A stretch of 64,000 nucleotides of DNA from Candidatus Eiseniibacteriota bacterium (lineage in GTDB: Bacteria; Eisenbacteria; RBG-16-71-46), in NCBI GenBank assembly GCA_963744995.1, contig CAVUWA010000003.1:1-64000 (forward strand). The letters run 5' to 3'. A program made the position numbers and the translations under genes. The notes under the pieces are model-generated. The model worked only from the letters and a program-made list of their open reading frames with translations. It did not search any database and was not told the DNA's origin. This document shows, piece by piece, positions 10,767-21,477 of the stretch; position 1 is the first letter of the stretch, and every line of letters starts with the position of its first letter.

Positions 10767-11884
10767 ATGCCCAACTTCCGATATGAGTGCCTGGTGACAC
10801 ACCAGCGGCCCCAAGGAGACGCGCCGGTTTTCTGTCTGTTTCACGCACCCGCCGGCGAGATTCTCGAATGGGCCGACATCAAGCGCCTTGAAGAAGAGGA
10901 GGCGGATTCCTCAGCGACGAACCAGCCCGGCAAAGGTCAAAGCCATCAAGCGCTTCCTCGACACCGACCCACGCAACACCATCCCAACATCCGTCATTCT
11001 CACGATAGCTCACTCTCCAGATCAACTGCTCACGGTCGGCGCTGACCCAGGCAGTTCCTTCCGCATCCTCGAGTTTGAGGTCGCAGGTGCTCAGAAACCC
11101 GGTCTGGTGATTGATGGACAACATCGCCTCCTAGGCATCCGAGAGTTTGCGTCGGAGACGCCGGTCAATGTTGTTGCGATTCTCGCCGCTAGCGACATGG
11201 AGACGGCCTTTCAGTTCCTTGTGATCAACAACAAGGCGTCCAAGGTCTCCATGGACCACATTCGGGCCCTTGCACTTCACTTTGAAGAGGCGGCACTCGA
11301 AGCGCGCTTGGAGACTGCAGAACTAAACCTTGATCCCAACGTTGGTTTTGTTGGTCTCGTCAACAATGAGGAGGACAGCCCATTCAGGGAATGGTTTCCT
11401 ACGCCCCTAACTCCCGAGGCCGACCGCGTCATTGTTCCAGCCGCAATCGAGGCTTCACTTGGCTACATTCAACAGAAGAAGGTCAGAGCGTTCGAGAGCG
11501 AAGACGTGCTTCTCGAGTTCTTCTATACAATCTGGCGGCGTATCAGGGAGCGCTGGGCCGCCCTCTGGCAGCCCGATTCGCGACTCCTTAGCAAGGTGGG
11601 CATTATCTGCGTGACATACTACATGGCCGATACTTTGGTGGGCTCTTATGATCTTGGGCGACTGGACGTGGCCGACCCTGAAGAGGTCGCGCAACTGGTC
11701 GATGAACTTCTCTCCCACCAGGAGCGTCGCTTCTGGCAAGTGGCCTGGACATCGGCTAGCTACGACACCAAGGCGGGCAGGGCGCTCATCGTCGCCTCCA
11801 CTTGTGCAGATTGCCAGAAACTCGCGCGCTGGGGCGCCATGGCACGAGGATGTCGAACTCGTCGACGCAACAAGTGTCGAGTAG
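10767..11884 (+). CDS. DGQHR domain protein (third, divergent from the DpdB pair), frameshifted
   Basis: PQRR, TIPTSVIL, VIDGQHRL, FQFLVINNKASKV, DSPF. Confidence 0.8.
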
Positions 11885-11944
11885 AGCATGTTAGCGTCTT
11901 CTTGGCAGGATGTGCGTTCCGGTTCAGTCAAACCGGACCGTGGT

Positions 11945-12054
11945 CTCGCTCGGGCCATTGAGGAGAGCACGGTCATGACGGAGATCGTCCGCCGCGCGCT
12001 CAGCGAGTGGCTGGATCGCCGCGGCCGCAAGCGCAAGAGTCGAAGCGCCCATGA
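11945..12054 (+). pseudogene. Possible ribbon-helix-helix (CopG-like) fragment before the integrase
   Basis: RAIEESTVMTEIVRRALSEWL resembles RHH helices; no clear start or stop. Confidence 0.3.
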
Positions 12055-13112
12055 AAGCCTACGGTCTCGGCACCCTCTACCGCCGCGGCCTGGTCTGGTG
12101 GATCCAGTACTCGGCACGAGGCAGGCTGTACCGGGAGTCATCCCGCTCCCGCGTGCGCGCTGATGCCGCGCGGTTGCTCCGCAAACGGGTGGCCGAGATG
12201 GCCCGCGGCGGCAAGGTTGGCCGCGACGCCGAGAAGGTCTCGTTCGACGACCTCGTCGCGCTCATCAAGGCGGACTACCGGCAGAAGCAGAACCGAACGT
12301 GGAGCCGCGTGGAACACGCGATCAAGCACCTGCGCCCCACCTTCGAGCGCATGCCGGCGATCGACATCAACTACGACTCGGTGTCGCGCTACATCTCCAA
12401 GCGCCTCGAAGCCGGCGCGGCTCCGGGCACGGTGCACCATGAGATCGCGGCGCTCGGGCGCATGCTCAAGCTCGGCACGATGGCCGGCATCCTGCCGCTG
12501 CGCCCTCCGCTCCCGGTCCTCAAGCTCGACAACGTCCGGAAGGGGTTCTTCACCGACGAGCAGGTGAACCGCGTGCTGAAGCACCTCCCGGACTGGTACG
12601 CGCCCGCCATCGAGTTCGCGTGGCGGACGGGCTGGCGCATCGGCGAGGTGAAGTCGCTCACGTGGACACAGGTGGACTTCCGCGCGGGCATCGTGCGCCT
12701 GGAACCGGGATCGACGAAGAATCGCGAAGGGCGCAGCTTTCCGTTCGCAGCGTTCCCGGCGCTGGCGAAGCTGCTCAAGGCTCAGCGCAAGCGAACCGAC
12801 GTCTGGCAGAAGGGGCACGATCGGATCGTGCCGTGGGTCTTCTGGCGGGACGGAAAGCAGCTCGGCGACCATCGCGACGTCTGGATGCGGTGCTGTCGCG
12901 AGGCTGGCGTGCCGGGGAAGCTGGTCCACGACCTGCGCCGCAGCGCCGTGCGCAACCTCGAGCGCGCGGGCGTCCCGCGCTCCGTGGCCATGAAGCTCAC
13001 CGGCCACATGACCGAGTCGGTCTACCGCCGCTACGCGATCGTCTCCGAGACGGACCTCGCCGACGCGGTGCGCAAACTCGCGACGTTCCAGGGCGCCTCC
13101 GGGAAGGCCTGA
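12051..13112 (+). CDS. Tyrosine recombinase/phage-type integrase
   Basis: N-terminal arm-binding-like segment (WWIQYS...RES), TGWRIGE (R), TKN (K), HDLRR, TGH and YAI catalytic motifs; intact 353 aa. Confidence 0.95.
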   Translation: MKAYGLGTLYRRGLVWWIQYSARGRLYRESSRSRVRADAARLLRKRVAEMARGGKVGRDAEKVSFDDLVALIKADYRQKQNRTWSRVEHAIKHLRPTFERMPAIDINYDSVSRYISKRLEAGAAPGTVHHEIAALGRMLKLGTMAGILPLRPPLPVLKLDNVRKGFFTDEQVNRVLKHLPDWYAPAIEFAWRTGWRIGEVKSLTWTQVDFRAGIVRLEPGSTKNREGRSFPFAAFPALAKLLKAQRKRTDVWQKGHDRIVPWVFWRDGKQLGDHRDVWMRCCREAGVPGKLVHDLRRSAVRNLERAGVPRSVAMKLTGHMTESVYRRYAIVSETDLADAVRKLATFQGASGKA

Positions 13113-13133
13113 GCCCGAGCGTTTCGCCAAGAC

Positions 13134-13151
13134 TGACACAAAAGTGACACA
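13134..13151. repeat. TGACACA direct repeat pair (11-bp period), candidate integrase arm-type sites
   Basis: TGACACA at 13134-13140 and 13145-13151 between the integrase stop and the target gene. Confidence 0.45.
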
Positions 13152-13248
13152 GTTTGGCGATTCTGCGGATCCTCCCGACCTCGCCCGACTAGCTACTGCG
13201 CGCGCGGTCATTCACGTAACACAATGCACAACAACGTACTACAGCGCA

Positions 13249-14649
13249 CTACTTCGAAGCTGCGGCCCGCCCCGCAACCGTCCCCGATGACCACGCCCAC
13301 TGGAAGTTGAATCCCCCCAACCTCCCTTCCACGTCCAGCACCTCGCCGCACAGGAAGAGCCCCGACACGATGCGCGACTCGAGCGTCGAGGGATCGACTT
13401 CCGACAGCTTCACGCCGCCCGCCGTCACCTCGGCCTTCTCGTAGCCGAGCGTGCCGTCCACGGGCAGCTCACGCGCGCAGAGTGTCTCGATCAGCTTCGC
13501 GCGGGACGCCTTCGGCACCTGCGCAACCGGCGCGGACGGGTCGACCCCGGCTTGCGCACACAGCTCCACGCCGAGCCGATCCGGCAGGAAACCGCTCAGA
13601 TGGCGCCGCACGGTCAGGTGCCCGTCGCGGGCCGCAGCGATCCACGCCTCCGTCGCCTGCTCGCGCGTCCTCCCCTTCGCGAAGCTCGCGGTGAGCCGGC
13701 GCCCGTGCGCATCGGCGGTGAGCCAGTGTCTGGACATGTCGAGCGCCGCTGGCCCCGAATACCCGAAGTGCGTGAACAGGAACGAGCCGCCGGTCTCCGC
13801 CGCCTTCATCCCGCCCGACCAAAGCGTGAGGTCGGCCATCACGGTCACGCCCTGCATCCGCTCGCACAGCGGGTCGCTTGCGGTGAGCGGCGTGAGCGCC
13901 GGCACGGTCGGCGTGAGCGTGTGCCCGAGCGCGGCGAGCAGGCCGTAGCCCGTGCCGTCACTGCCGGTGCGCGGGAACGACAGGCCGCCGGTCGCGACGA
14001 TCACCGCGTCGGCTTCCATCCACTCGTCGGGCGCGATGTCGGGCGGCGCCCAGTCGCTGCGCGCGCGCGGCGCGACGCGCGGTGCGAACGCGGTCGCATC
14101 GGCGATGCGCTGGATGCCCAGGCGGAAGCCGGGCCGCCCGCCGGCGCCCGCGCCGCCTGGAACCGGCGGCTCGCCCGGGCCGGGCAACCGCTCCAGCCTC
14201 ACCCCCCGCGCCCCGGCGACCACCGCCACGCCCGCCCGTTCCACGGAACCCGTCAGCGCATCGAGCACCGTCTGCGCGTCATCGGTCTCCGGGAAGTACT
14301 TGCCGGTCTCCTCGAGCTTCAGGGCAACGCCCATCGCGGCGAACCATGCGATCGTCTCCGCCGGCGTGAACGCGCGCAGGATGCGTGCGATCACATGGCG
14401 CGAACCGCCATGGAAGTCGGCAGCGCTCACCTCGCGGTGCGTCACGTTGCAGCGCGTCCCGCCCGACATCAGGATCTTCAGGCCGATCTTCGGGTGCGCG
14501 TTGAGCAGCGTCACGTCCGCACCGGCCTCGGCGGCGCGCAGCGCGGCGGTCAGGCCGGCGGCACCGGCGCCGACCACGACGACCCTGCGGCGGCCGCGCG
14601 CGGCGCCTCCATCACGGCGCTCGTCCGATGTGTCAGGTGACCTGCCCAT
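13249..14649 (-). CDS. HI0933/BaiN/YhiN-family flavoprotein
   Basis: [56 protein letters not shown]. Confidence 0.92.
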   Translation of the reverse strand: MGRSPDTSDERRDGGAARGRRRVVVVGAGAAGLTAALRAAEAGADVTLLNAHPKIGLKILMSGGTRCNVTHREVSAADFHGGSRHVIARILRAFTPAETIAWFAAMGVALKLEETGKYFPETDDAQTVLDALTGSVERAGVAVVAGARGVRLERLPGPGEPPVPGGAGAGGRPGFRLGIQRIADATAFAPRVAPRARSDWAPPDIAPDEWMEADAVIVATGGLSFPRTGSDGTGYGLLAALGHTLTPTVPALTPLTASDPLCERMQGVTVMADLTLWSGGMKAAETGGSFLFTHFGYSGPAALDMSRHWLTADAHGRRLTASFAKGRTREQATEAWIAAARDGHLTVRRHLSGFLPDRLGVELCAQAGVDPSAPVAQVPKASRAKLIETLCARELPVDGTLGYEKAEVTAGGVKLSEVDPSTLESRIVSGLFLCGEVLDVEGRLGGFNFQWAWSSGTVAGRAAASK

Positions 14650-14812
14650 TGGCGCGCACGGTAGCGGAGCCACACCCGGCACGCGAATGCGACGCGGCGC
14701 CGGCGCGCCACGCCGGCGGGAATGTCCTTGCAGGTCTGCCCGCTCCGGAGGCAGTCTCCGGACATCCGCGGTCGCATCATCATTGATCCCGCTTTTCACG
14801 GAGGAACGTCGA

Positions 14813-15287
14813 ATGCCCTCCTACAAACTCGACGTGAACGGCCGGGCGCTCGAGGTCAGCGCCGAGGCCGATGCGCCGCTCCTCTGGGTGCTGCGCGATT
14901 CGCTCGGCCTCACCGGCACCAAGTTCGGCTGCGGCGAAGGCTACTGCGGCTCGTGCACGGTGCACATCGGACGGCGAGCCGGTGCGCTCCTGCATGACGA
15001 CCGTCGCCGACGCCGCCGCGCCGGGCACGAAGATCACGACCATCGAGGGCCTGTCGGGGGCCGCGGCCGCCGAAGCGCTGCAGAAGGCATGGGAAGCGGA
15101 GCAGGTCACCCAGTGCGGCTGGTGCCAGCCGGGGCAGCTCATGGCGGCGGCGGCGCTGCTCGCGGGCAAGCCGAAACCGACCGACGCCGAGATCACCGAG
15201 GCGATGGACGGCAACATCTGTCGCTGCGGCACCTACCCGCGCATCCGTCGCGCGATCCACGCCGCGGCGAAGGGGGTGCAGCCATGA
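14813..15287 (+). CDS. 2Fe-2S small subunit of an isoquinoline 1-oxidoreductase/xanthine dehydrogenase-family enzyme; one frameshift near 14970
   Basis: [17 protein letters not shown] then, in the next frame, VRSC...QCGWCQPG...NICRCGTY. Confidence 0.88.
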
Positions 15288-17455
15288 CCGCCACCCGCAG
15301 CGCCAACCGCCGCGCGCGCGCGGCGCAGGCACCTGTCCGCGCCCCCGCAGGCGCGGAAGATGGGCTCGGTCTCTCCCGCCGCGACTTCCTCAAGACGGCG
15401 GCGCTCGCCTCCGCGGGGCTGGTCGTCGCCTTCCACCTGCCGAGCGTCATGGGCTGCGCACAGGCATCGGAGACACTCGAACCGAATGCGTGGCTGATCG
15501 TGAACCCGAGCGGCGACGTGACGGTGTTCATCAACCGCTCCGAAATGGGCCAGGGAGTGCGGACCGCGCTGCCGATGCTGGTCGCCGAGGAGCTCGAGGC
15601 CGACTGGACGCGCGTGCGCTTCGAACAGGCGGTGCCGGCGGAGAAGTACGGCAACATGAGCACCGGTGGCAGCCAGAGCATCCGGCGCGGCTGGACGCCG
15701 CTGCGCAAGGCCGGTGCGCAGGCGCGCGAGATGCTCGTCCAGGCCGCGGCCGACACCTGGAACGTTCCCGTCGCCGAGTGCCGTGCCGAAAACGGCGCCG
15801 TGCTCCACGCCAGGAGCGGCAGGAAGCTCGAATACGGGGCGCTGGTCGCGAAGGCGGCAGCGCTGCCCGTGCCGGGCGATCCACAGCTCAAGGACCCGAA
15901 GGACTTCAGCATTCTGGGCACACCCAGGCATCGACTCGACCTGGTCGAGAAGGACGAAGGCCGCGCGACGTTCGGGCTCGACGTGAACGTGCCGAACATG
16001 CTCTACGCGGTGGTCGAGCGTTGCCCGGTGTTCGGCGGCAAGATGAAGTCGTTCGACGCGAAGGCCGCCCTGGCGCTGCCGGGCGTCCGCCACGTGGTGC
16101 CGATCGAGACCGGCGTCGCGATCGCGGCAGACTCGTTCTGGGCGGCGCAGAAAGCGCGCGAGGTGCTCCAGGTGGAATGGGACGAGGGCACCCTGGCGGA
16201 CCTCTCCAGCGAAGCGATCTCGCGCACCTATGCGGAGCTGCTGCAGAAACCCGGCGTGAACGCGCGCAAGGAAGGTGCGGGCGCGGCGGCGCTGGCCTCG
16301 GCGGCGCGCACGATCGAGGCGACCTACGAGGTCCCCTACCTCGCCCACGCCACGATGGAGCCGCTCAACTGCACCGCGTCGGTGACCGGCGATCGCTGTG
16401 AGGTCTGGGTCGGCAACCAGAACGGAACGAGCGTGCAGTCCACGGCCGAGCGCGTGTCGGGCCTGCCGACGTCGAAGGTCCGCGTGAATCTCCAGTACCT
16501 GGGCGGCGGCTTCGGGCGGCGCTCGGAGCAGGATTTCGTCGCCGAGGCGGTCGAGCTGTCGAAGAAGATCGGCCGGCCGGTCAAGGTGGTGTGGACGCGC
16601 GCCGACGATACGCGGCACGACTACTATCGCCCCGCCACACGCAACGTGCTGCGCGCGGGGTTCGGTGCGGGCGGCGCGCCGATCGCGTGGACCCACCGCA
16701 TGGTCGGACCGTCGATTCTCTCGCGCTACATGGCATTGCGGAACGGCATCGACGGGACCTCGGTCGAGGGCGCGGCCAATCTGCCGTACGCGTTCCCGCA
16801 TCTCGAGGTCGACGCGATCGTCCACGACCCCGGCGTGCCGGTGGGTTTCTGGCGCTCGGTCGGCTCGTCCGCGAACGCTTACGTCACGGAGTGCTTCTTC
16901 GACGAGGTCGCGGCGGCGGCGAAGCGCGATCCCTACGAGCTGCGTCGCGAGATGCTCGGCGGACACCCGCGGCACCGGGCGGTGCTGGACCGCTGCGCGG
17001 AGGCCTTCGGCTGGACGAAGCCGCTCGCGCAGGGTCGCGGCAAGGGCATCGCCGTGCACGAATCGTTCGGTTCGTTCGTCGCGCAGGCGGCGGAGGTTTC
17101 GCTCGGCGACGACGGTCCGCGCGTCCATCGCGTGACGTGCGTCGTCGACTGCGGTCAGGTCGTGAACCCTGACATCGTCAAAGCGCAGATGGAGAGCGGC
17201 ATCGTCTATGGACTCTCGGCCGCGCTCTACGGCGAGATCACGCTCGAGAAGGGACGCGTCACCCAGGACAACTTCGGCAACTATCCGGTCGTGCGCATGT
17301 CGGCCTGCCCGGAGATCGAGGTGATCGTCGCGCCGAGCGGCGACGAGGTGGGCGGCATCGGCGAGCCCGGCACGCCGCCGATCGCGCCGGCGGTCGCGAA
17401 CGCGGTGTTCGCGCTCACCGGCAAACCGGTGCGGAGGCTGCCGATCAGGACCTAG
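15284..17455 (+). CDS. Molybdopterin-binding large subunit (IorB-like) with Tat signal
   Basis: SRRDFLK twin-arginine motif, [31 protein letters not shown]. Confidence 0.92.
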   Translation: MTATRSANRRARAAQAPVRAPAGAEDGLGLSRRDFLKTAALASAGLVVAFHLPSVMGCAQASETLEPNAWLIVNPSGDVTVFINRSEMGQGVRTALPMLVAEELEADWTRVRFEQAVPAEKYGNMSTGGSQSIRRGWTPLRKAGAQAREMLVQAAADTWNVPVAECRAENGAVLHARSGRKLEYGALVAKAAALPVPGDPQLKDPKDFSILGTPRHRLDLVEKDEGRATFGLDVNVPNMLYAVVERCPVFGGKMKSFDAKAALALPGVRHVVPIETGVAIAADSFWAAQKAREVLQVEWDEGTLADLSSEAISRTYAELLQKPGVNARKEGAGAAALASAARTIEATYEVPYLAHATMEPLNCTASVTGDRCEVWVGNQNGTSVQSTAERVSGLPTSKVRVNLQYLGGGFGRRSEQDFVAEAVELSKKIGRPVKVVWTRADDTRHDYYRPATRNVLRAGFGAGGAPIAWTHRMVGPSILSRYMALRNGIDGTSVEGAANLPYAFPHLEVDAIVHDPGVPVGFWRSVGSSANAYVTECFFDEVAAAAKRDPYELRREMLGGHPRHRAVLDRCAEAFGWTKPLAQGRGKGIAVHESFGSFVAQAAEVSLGDDGPRVHRVTCVVDCGQVVNPDIVKAQMESGIVYGLSAALYGEITLEKGRVTQDNFGNYPVVRMSACPEIEVIVAPSGDEVGGIGEPGTPPIAPAVANAVFALTGKPVRRLPIRT

Positions 17456-19002
17456 GCTTCGATCAGGACTTCGTCGCCGGCCTGCTCGCCGTGTCGCAGC
17501 AGCAGCACCAGCGGCACGCTGACCAGGAACAGGACCGCGATCAGCGCGAATACGTGGTTGTAGGCGAGGATCGCCGCCTGGCGGAAGAGCTGTCCGTCGA
17601 TGAGGCGCAGCGCCATGGACTTCGCCGAGACCGGGTCGTGACCCTGCTCGACGAAATGCGCGGTCAGTCTCCTGAGCCAGCTCGCTCCGACGCTGCCCGG
17701 CCCGACCTTCTCGGTCAGCATGGCGTGATAGCGGATGGTGCTCGAGCTGAGCGTCGTGGCCGCGACCGCGACGCCGACGCTGCCGGTGACCTGGCGCACG
17801 ACGTTGTAGAGCCCGGTGGCCTCGGTCATGCGCGTTCGCGAGATCGTCGACAGCGCCGCGGTGCTCAGCGCGACGAAGATCATGCTGAAACCCACCCCCT
17901 GCCAGACCTGCGGCCAGAACAGATCCCAGTAGCCGACGGCGGTCGAAAGACGCGACATCGAGAAGAAGCCGAAGAAGGCCGTCACCAGCCCCGCACCCAC
18001 CAGCAGCCGCGGCCCGAGCCGGTTGTAGAAGCGCCCGGAGATCGGCATCACCACGGCCATTGCCAGACTGCGCGGCATCATCGTGAGGCCCGACTGCATC
18101 GCGTCGAATCCGAGCAGGCGCTGCAGCATGACGGGCAGCAGGAACAGGCTGCCGAACAGCGCGAACCCGAGCACGCCGCCGATTGCGGTGGCGGAACTGA
18201 ACGACACGTTGCGGAGGATCCGCAGATTCACGGCCGGGTGTTCGACTCTGAGCTCGTGCCATACGAACAGCACGAGCCCGATCGCGGCGATCGCGGCGAG
18301 GCGCACGATGAAGCCCGACTGGAACCAGTCGTGCCGCTCGCCCTCGGCGATCATCAGCTGGAACGCACCCAGCCCCACCACGAGCAGCGCCAGGCCGACC
18401 CAGTCGATGTCGCCCTTCACCCGCCTCAGGTACGGCGGATCCTCGATGAATCGTGACACGAGCAGCAGGTTGAGCATGCCGATCGGTACGTTGATGTAGA
18501 AGATCCACGGCCACGAATACTGGTCGGTGATCCAGCCGCCGAGCGTCGGCCCGAACGCCGGCGCGAGCACGACGCCGAAGCCGTAGAGCCCCATGGCGAG
18601 CCCCTGCTCCTCGGGCGGGAACGTCTCGCGCAGGATCGCCTGCGAAACGGTCAGCAGCACGCCGCCGCCGAAGCCCTGCAATATTCGGAACCCGACCATG
18701 AAGCCCATGTCGCGGGCGAGCCCGCAGGCCATGGAGGAGAGCGTGAACAGCAGCACGCTCGACATGTAGAAGCGCTTGCGGCCGAACCGCGAGGCGAGCA
18801 GGCCCGTGATCGGCATGACGATCACCTGCGCGAGGATGTAGGCGGTCACCGCCCAGGTGATCTCTTCGAGGGTCGCGCCGAGCGTCCCGGACATGTCGGG
18901 CAGCGCGACGTTCACGATGCTCGAATCGAGCACCGCCATGATCGTGCCGGTGAGCACGGTCACGGTGACGACCCACTTGTGCACGGGGGGACGCGCGCTC
19001 AC
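17452..19002 (-). CDS. DHA2 (EmrB/QacA) MFS efflux transporter
   Basis: [38 protein letters not shown]; many hydrophobic helices. Confidence 0.92.
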   Translation of the reverse strand: MSARPPVHKWVVTVTVLTGTIMAVLDSSIVNVALPDMSGTLGATLEEITWAVTAYILAQVIVMPITGLLASRFGRKRFYMSSVLLFTLSSMACGLARDMGFMVGFRILQGFGGGVLLTVSQAILRETFPPEEQGLAMGLYGFGVVLAPAFGPTLGGWITDQYSWPWIFYINVPIGMLNLLLVSRFIEDPPYLRRVKGDIDWVGLALLVVGLGAFQLMIAEGERHDWFQSGFIVRLAAIAAIGLVLFVWHELRVEHPAVNLRILRNVSFSSATAIGGVLGFALFGSLFLLPVMLQRLLGFDAMQSGLTMMPRSLAMAVVMPISGRFYNRLGPRLLVGAGLVTAFFGFFSMSRLSTAVGYWDLFWPQVWQGVGFSMIFVALSTAALSTISRTRMTEATGLYNVVRQVTGSVGVAVAATTLSSSTIRYHAMLTEKVGPGSVGASWLRRLTAHFVEQGHDPVSAKSMALRLIDGQLFRQAAILAYNHVFALIAVLFLVSVPLVLLLRHGEQAGDEVLIEA

Positions 19003-19084
19003 CTCCGGCTCCCTGCCGCGGAACGGCGTGCCGCGGCCACCGTGCGCCGCGCGCGCTCCGGCCCGCCGCGCCCCCGGCCGGGTG

Positions 19085-19969
19085 TCAATCCACGTGCTTC
19101 CGCATCACGATCGCGCGGCCGCCGTCCTCGAACCGGACCTCGTCCATGAACGTGCGGATGAGCAGGATGCCGCGGCCGCTCAGGCGGAGCAGGTTCTCGG
19201 GGTCGGTCGGATCGGGCAGCGTCGCGGGATCGAATCCGGGGCCCTCGTCGTGCACGCGGTACTCGATCTGCGACGGCGCCTCGTGGGTGGTGATGTGCAC
19301 GCGGCGCTCGCCGTAAGGCTGCTCGTCGCGCCGCTTCTCGATCATGCGCTCGTAGGCCTCATGGCTCTCTTCCCGCAGGCTCGAGTCGACCTCGAGGTTG
19401 CCGTGCACCATCGCATTCGACACGGCCTCGATCACCGCGACGGCCACCTGGGTGCGTGTGCTGCCGTCGGCGAACCCCACGCGCTCGAGACTCTCCTCCA
19501 CGAACGCGCCGAAGGGGCCGATCAGTTTCGGATCGTTCTCGAACTCGAAACGCGTCTCGCGACCGGCGAGGAACTGCAGCAGGCGCTCGCGCGAGTGGCG
19601 GGCTTCGAGAATCCCGAGCGCACGCTGCACCGTGTCGGCCAGCTCCCTCGGGACGTCGCGCTTCGGCACGTAGCTCACCGCGCCGATCCGCAGCGCCTCG
19701 ACCGCGATCTTTTCGCTGCCCTGCGAGGTCATCAGGATCGTCGGGATGGACGCGTGATCGTCCTTCATCTGGCGCAGGAACTCGAGGCCATCCATGCCGG
19801 GCATGCGCAGGTCGGTGAGCACGATGTCCGGGCGGTCGGCGCTGACGCGCTCGAGGCCCTGCTCGGCGTGCGTCGCCTCGATCAGCTCGAGATTCTCGAT
19901 TCCGTTCAGCGCGCGGCGGACCAGCTCGCGATCGACGTCGTCGTCGTCAACGACCAGCAGGCGGGTCAT
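19085..19969 (-). CDS. Response regulator: receiver domain plus RsbW-like HATPase_c domain
   Basis: LVVDDD, TDLRMPGMDG receiver motifs; EAVSNAMVHGN, DEGPGFD, SGRGILL. Confidence 0.85.
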   Translation of the reverse strand: MTRLLVVDDDDVDRELVRRALNGIENLELIEATHAEQGLERVSADRPDIVLTDLRMPGMDGLEFLRQMKDDHASIPTILMTSQGSEKIAVEALRIGAVSYVPKRDVPRELADTVQRALGILEARHSRERLLQFLAGRETRFEFENDPKLIGPFGAFVEESLERVGFADGSTRTQVAVAVIEAVSNAMVHGNLEVDSSLREESHEAYERMIEKRRDEQPYGERRVHITTHEAPSQIEYRVHDEGPGFDPATLPDPTDPENLLRLSGRGILLIRTFMDEVRFEDGGRAIVMRKHVD

Positions 19970-21464
19970 GCGGCTCCTCGACGGCCGGAAGCTTCACCGG
20001 CCAGGTGAAGTGGAATGCGGTGCCGCGCCCGTTGCCGGAGCGCGCGTGCACCTCGCCGCCGTGGAGCGTCACGATTCTTCGCACGAGGGCGAGCCCCATA
20101 CCCGTGCCTTCGACCTGATCGCGCGACTTGAGCTGCGAGAACATGCTGAACACCCGCTCCAGGTGCTCGGCCGGAATCCCGGGACCGTCGTCTGCGACTT
20201 CGAACCGGTAGAACGGCCCGGCGGCGGCGACCCGCACGGTCACCGTGCCGTGGTCGCGGTCGTGGTGCTTGATCGCGTTGCCGATCAGGTTGCGCAGTAC
20301 CAGCTCGAGCGGCGCGCGCGCCGTCTCGACCACCGGAATCCTGCCTTCGGTGCGGATCGTGAACCCCGGCGGCGGAGCCAGCAGCTGCGCGATGCTCTCG
20401 ACCAGTGCCGTGACGTCCACCTGCGACAGGTTCTCGTCGAGGCGTCCCGAGCGGTAGTAGGTCAGCAGATCGTCGATCAGCGTGTCCATGCGCTTCACGC
20501 GCAATTTGAGGCGCTCGACGTGCTCGCGCACCTTCTCCGGCGTTGCGCCGGTGAGATCCTGCTCCACCCACTCCAGCAGGTGGTCGATCCCGCGCAGGGG
20601 CGCGCGCAGGTCGTGCGAAGCCGTGTAGGCGAACTGTTCGAGGTCGGCGTTCGAACGCTCGAGTGCGTGCGCCTGCTCGATCATCAGCGCCTGCGTCTCC
20701 TTTTCGTGTGTGACGTCACGGGCGACGGCATAGATCAGCCCGAGCCCGGTGAGCGGCGCGGCGTGCCACGACAGCCACAGGTAGCGCCCGTCGCGGGCAC
20801 GATAGCGGTTCTCGAAGTCCACGGTCGGCTCGCCGCGATTGAGCTGCTCGACCTCCGCGATGGTTCGCTCGCGGTCGTCCGGATGCACGAAGTCCACGAA
20901 CGGCCGACTGAGCAACTCCTCGCGCGAGTACTTGAGCACGCGCAGGAAGGCGGGGTTCACCTGCTTGAAGTAGCCGTCCATCCCGGCGACGCACAGCATG
21001 TCGATCGACAGCTCGAACAGCCGCTGGCGCTCGAGATCGCGGCGCCGCGCATCGGTGACCTCGTGAAAGATGCCCGAGGTCCAGACCGGCTTGCCGCCCT
21101 CGACCCGCGCGCCCACGCTGCCGAGCACCTCGACGCGCCGCCCGTTCTTCGCCCGGAACGCGAACTCGACATCGGCGAGCCGCTGCCCCGAGAACACCTG
21201 CCTGAAGGCGATGCGGCAGTGATCGAGACTGTCGGGATGGACCACGTCGAACACGTTGAGGCCGGCGATCTCTTCGGCTTCGTAGCCGAGCGCCTCGCGC
21301 CAGGCACGATTGACGTAGAGGAAACGTCCGTCCGGGGCCACGCTCTGGATCAGATCCTGAGCGTTCTCGCACAGCTCGCGAAACAACTCGAGAGGGGCGT
21401 CCAGATCGGCCGGATTCCCCGCGGGGTCCCTCATTCCCTCCACCATGCGCCCATGCTCCCCCAT
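19947..21464 (-). CDS. PAS-PAS sensor histidine kinase
   Basis: Two PAS domains (VHPD), ASHDLRAPL H-box, NLIGNAIKH, DDGPGI, GTGMGL. Confidence 0.92.
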   Translation of the reverse strand: MGEHGRMVEGMRDPAGNPADLDAPLELFRELCENAQDLIQSVAPDGRFLYVNRAWREALGYEAEEIAGLNVFDVVHPDSLDHCRIAFRQVFSGQRLADVEFAFRAKNGRRVEVLGSVGARVEGGKPVWTSGIFHEVTDARRRDLERQRLFELSIDMLCVAGMDGYFKQVNPAFLRVLKYSREELLSRPFVDFVHPDDRERTIAEVEQLNRGEPTVDFENRYRARDGRYLWLSWHAAPLTGLGLIYAVARDVTHEKETQALMIEQAHALERSNADLEQFAYTASHDLRAPLRGIDHLLEWVEQDLTGATPEKVREHVERLKLRVKRMDTLIDDLLTYYRSGRLDENLSQVDVTALVESIAQLLAPPPGFTIRTEGRIPVVETARAPLELVLRNLIGNAIKHHDRDHGTVTVRVAAAGPFYRFEVADDGPGIPAEHLERVFSMFSQLKSRDQVEGTGMGLALVRRIVTLHGGEVHARSGNGRGTAFHFTWPVKLPAVEEPHDPPAGR

Positions 21465-21477
21465 GCGACCCTCCGGC

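Larger units (their letters stand above)
1..13330. mobile_element. Integrative genomic island (right end) carrying a Dpd DNA-modification/defence locus; left boundary lies outside the window
   Basis: Tyrosine integrase at the right end, defence-type cargo, visibly more A/T-ending codons than the rest of the window, short direct repeats after the integrase, junction at the 3' end of a core gene. Confidence 0.8.

Noticed and set aside
2477..11884. Phosphorothioation (Dnd) system suggested by three DndB-like proteins
   Set aside because: No dndA, dndC, dndD or dndE in the window; the TGT-like gene and que genes point to Dpd.
13113..13248. tRNA or tmRNA at the integrase end
   Set aside because: No cloverleaf, T-loop (GTTCRA) or CCA end recognisable.
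13952..17455. 1167-aa ORF suggesting a 2Fe-2S/molybdopterin fusion
   Set aside because: Artefact of a single indel near 14970 plus an open antisense frame over the BaiN-like gene; both subunits have their own starts.
15233..18976. 1247-aa minus-strand ORF and many similar long Arg/Ala/Pro-rich ORFs
   Set aside because: Shadow frames of real genes in high-GC DNA, with no motifs.
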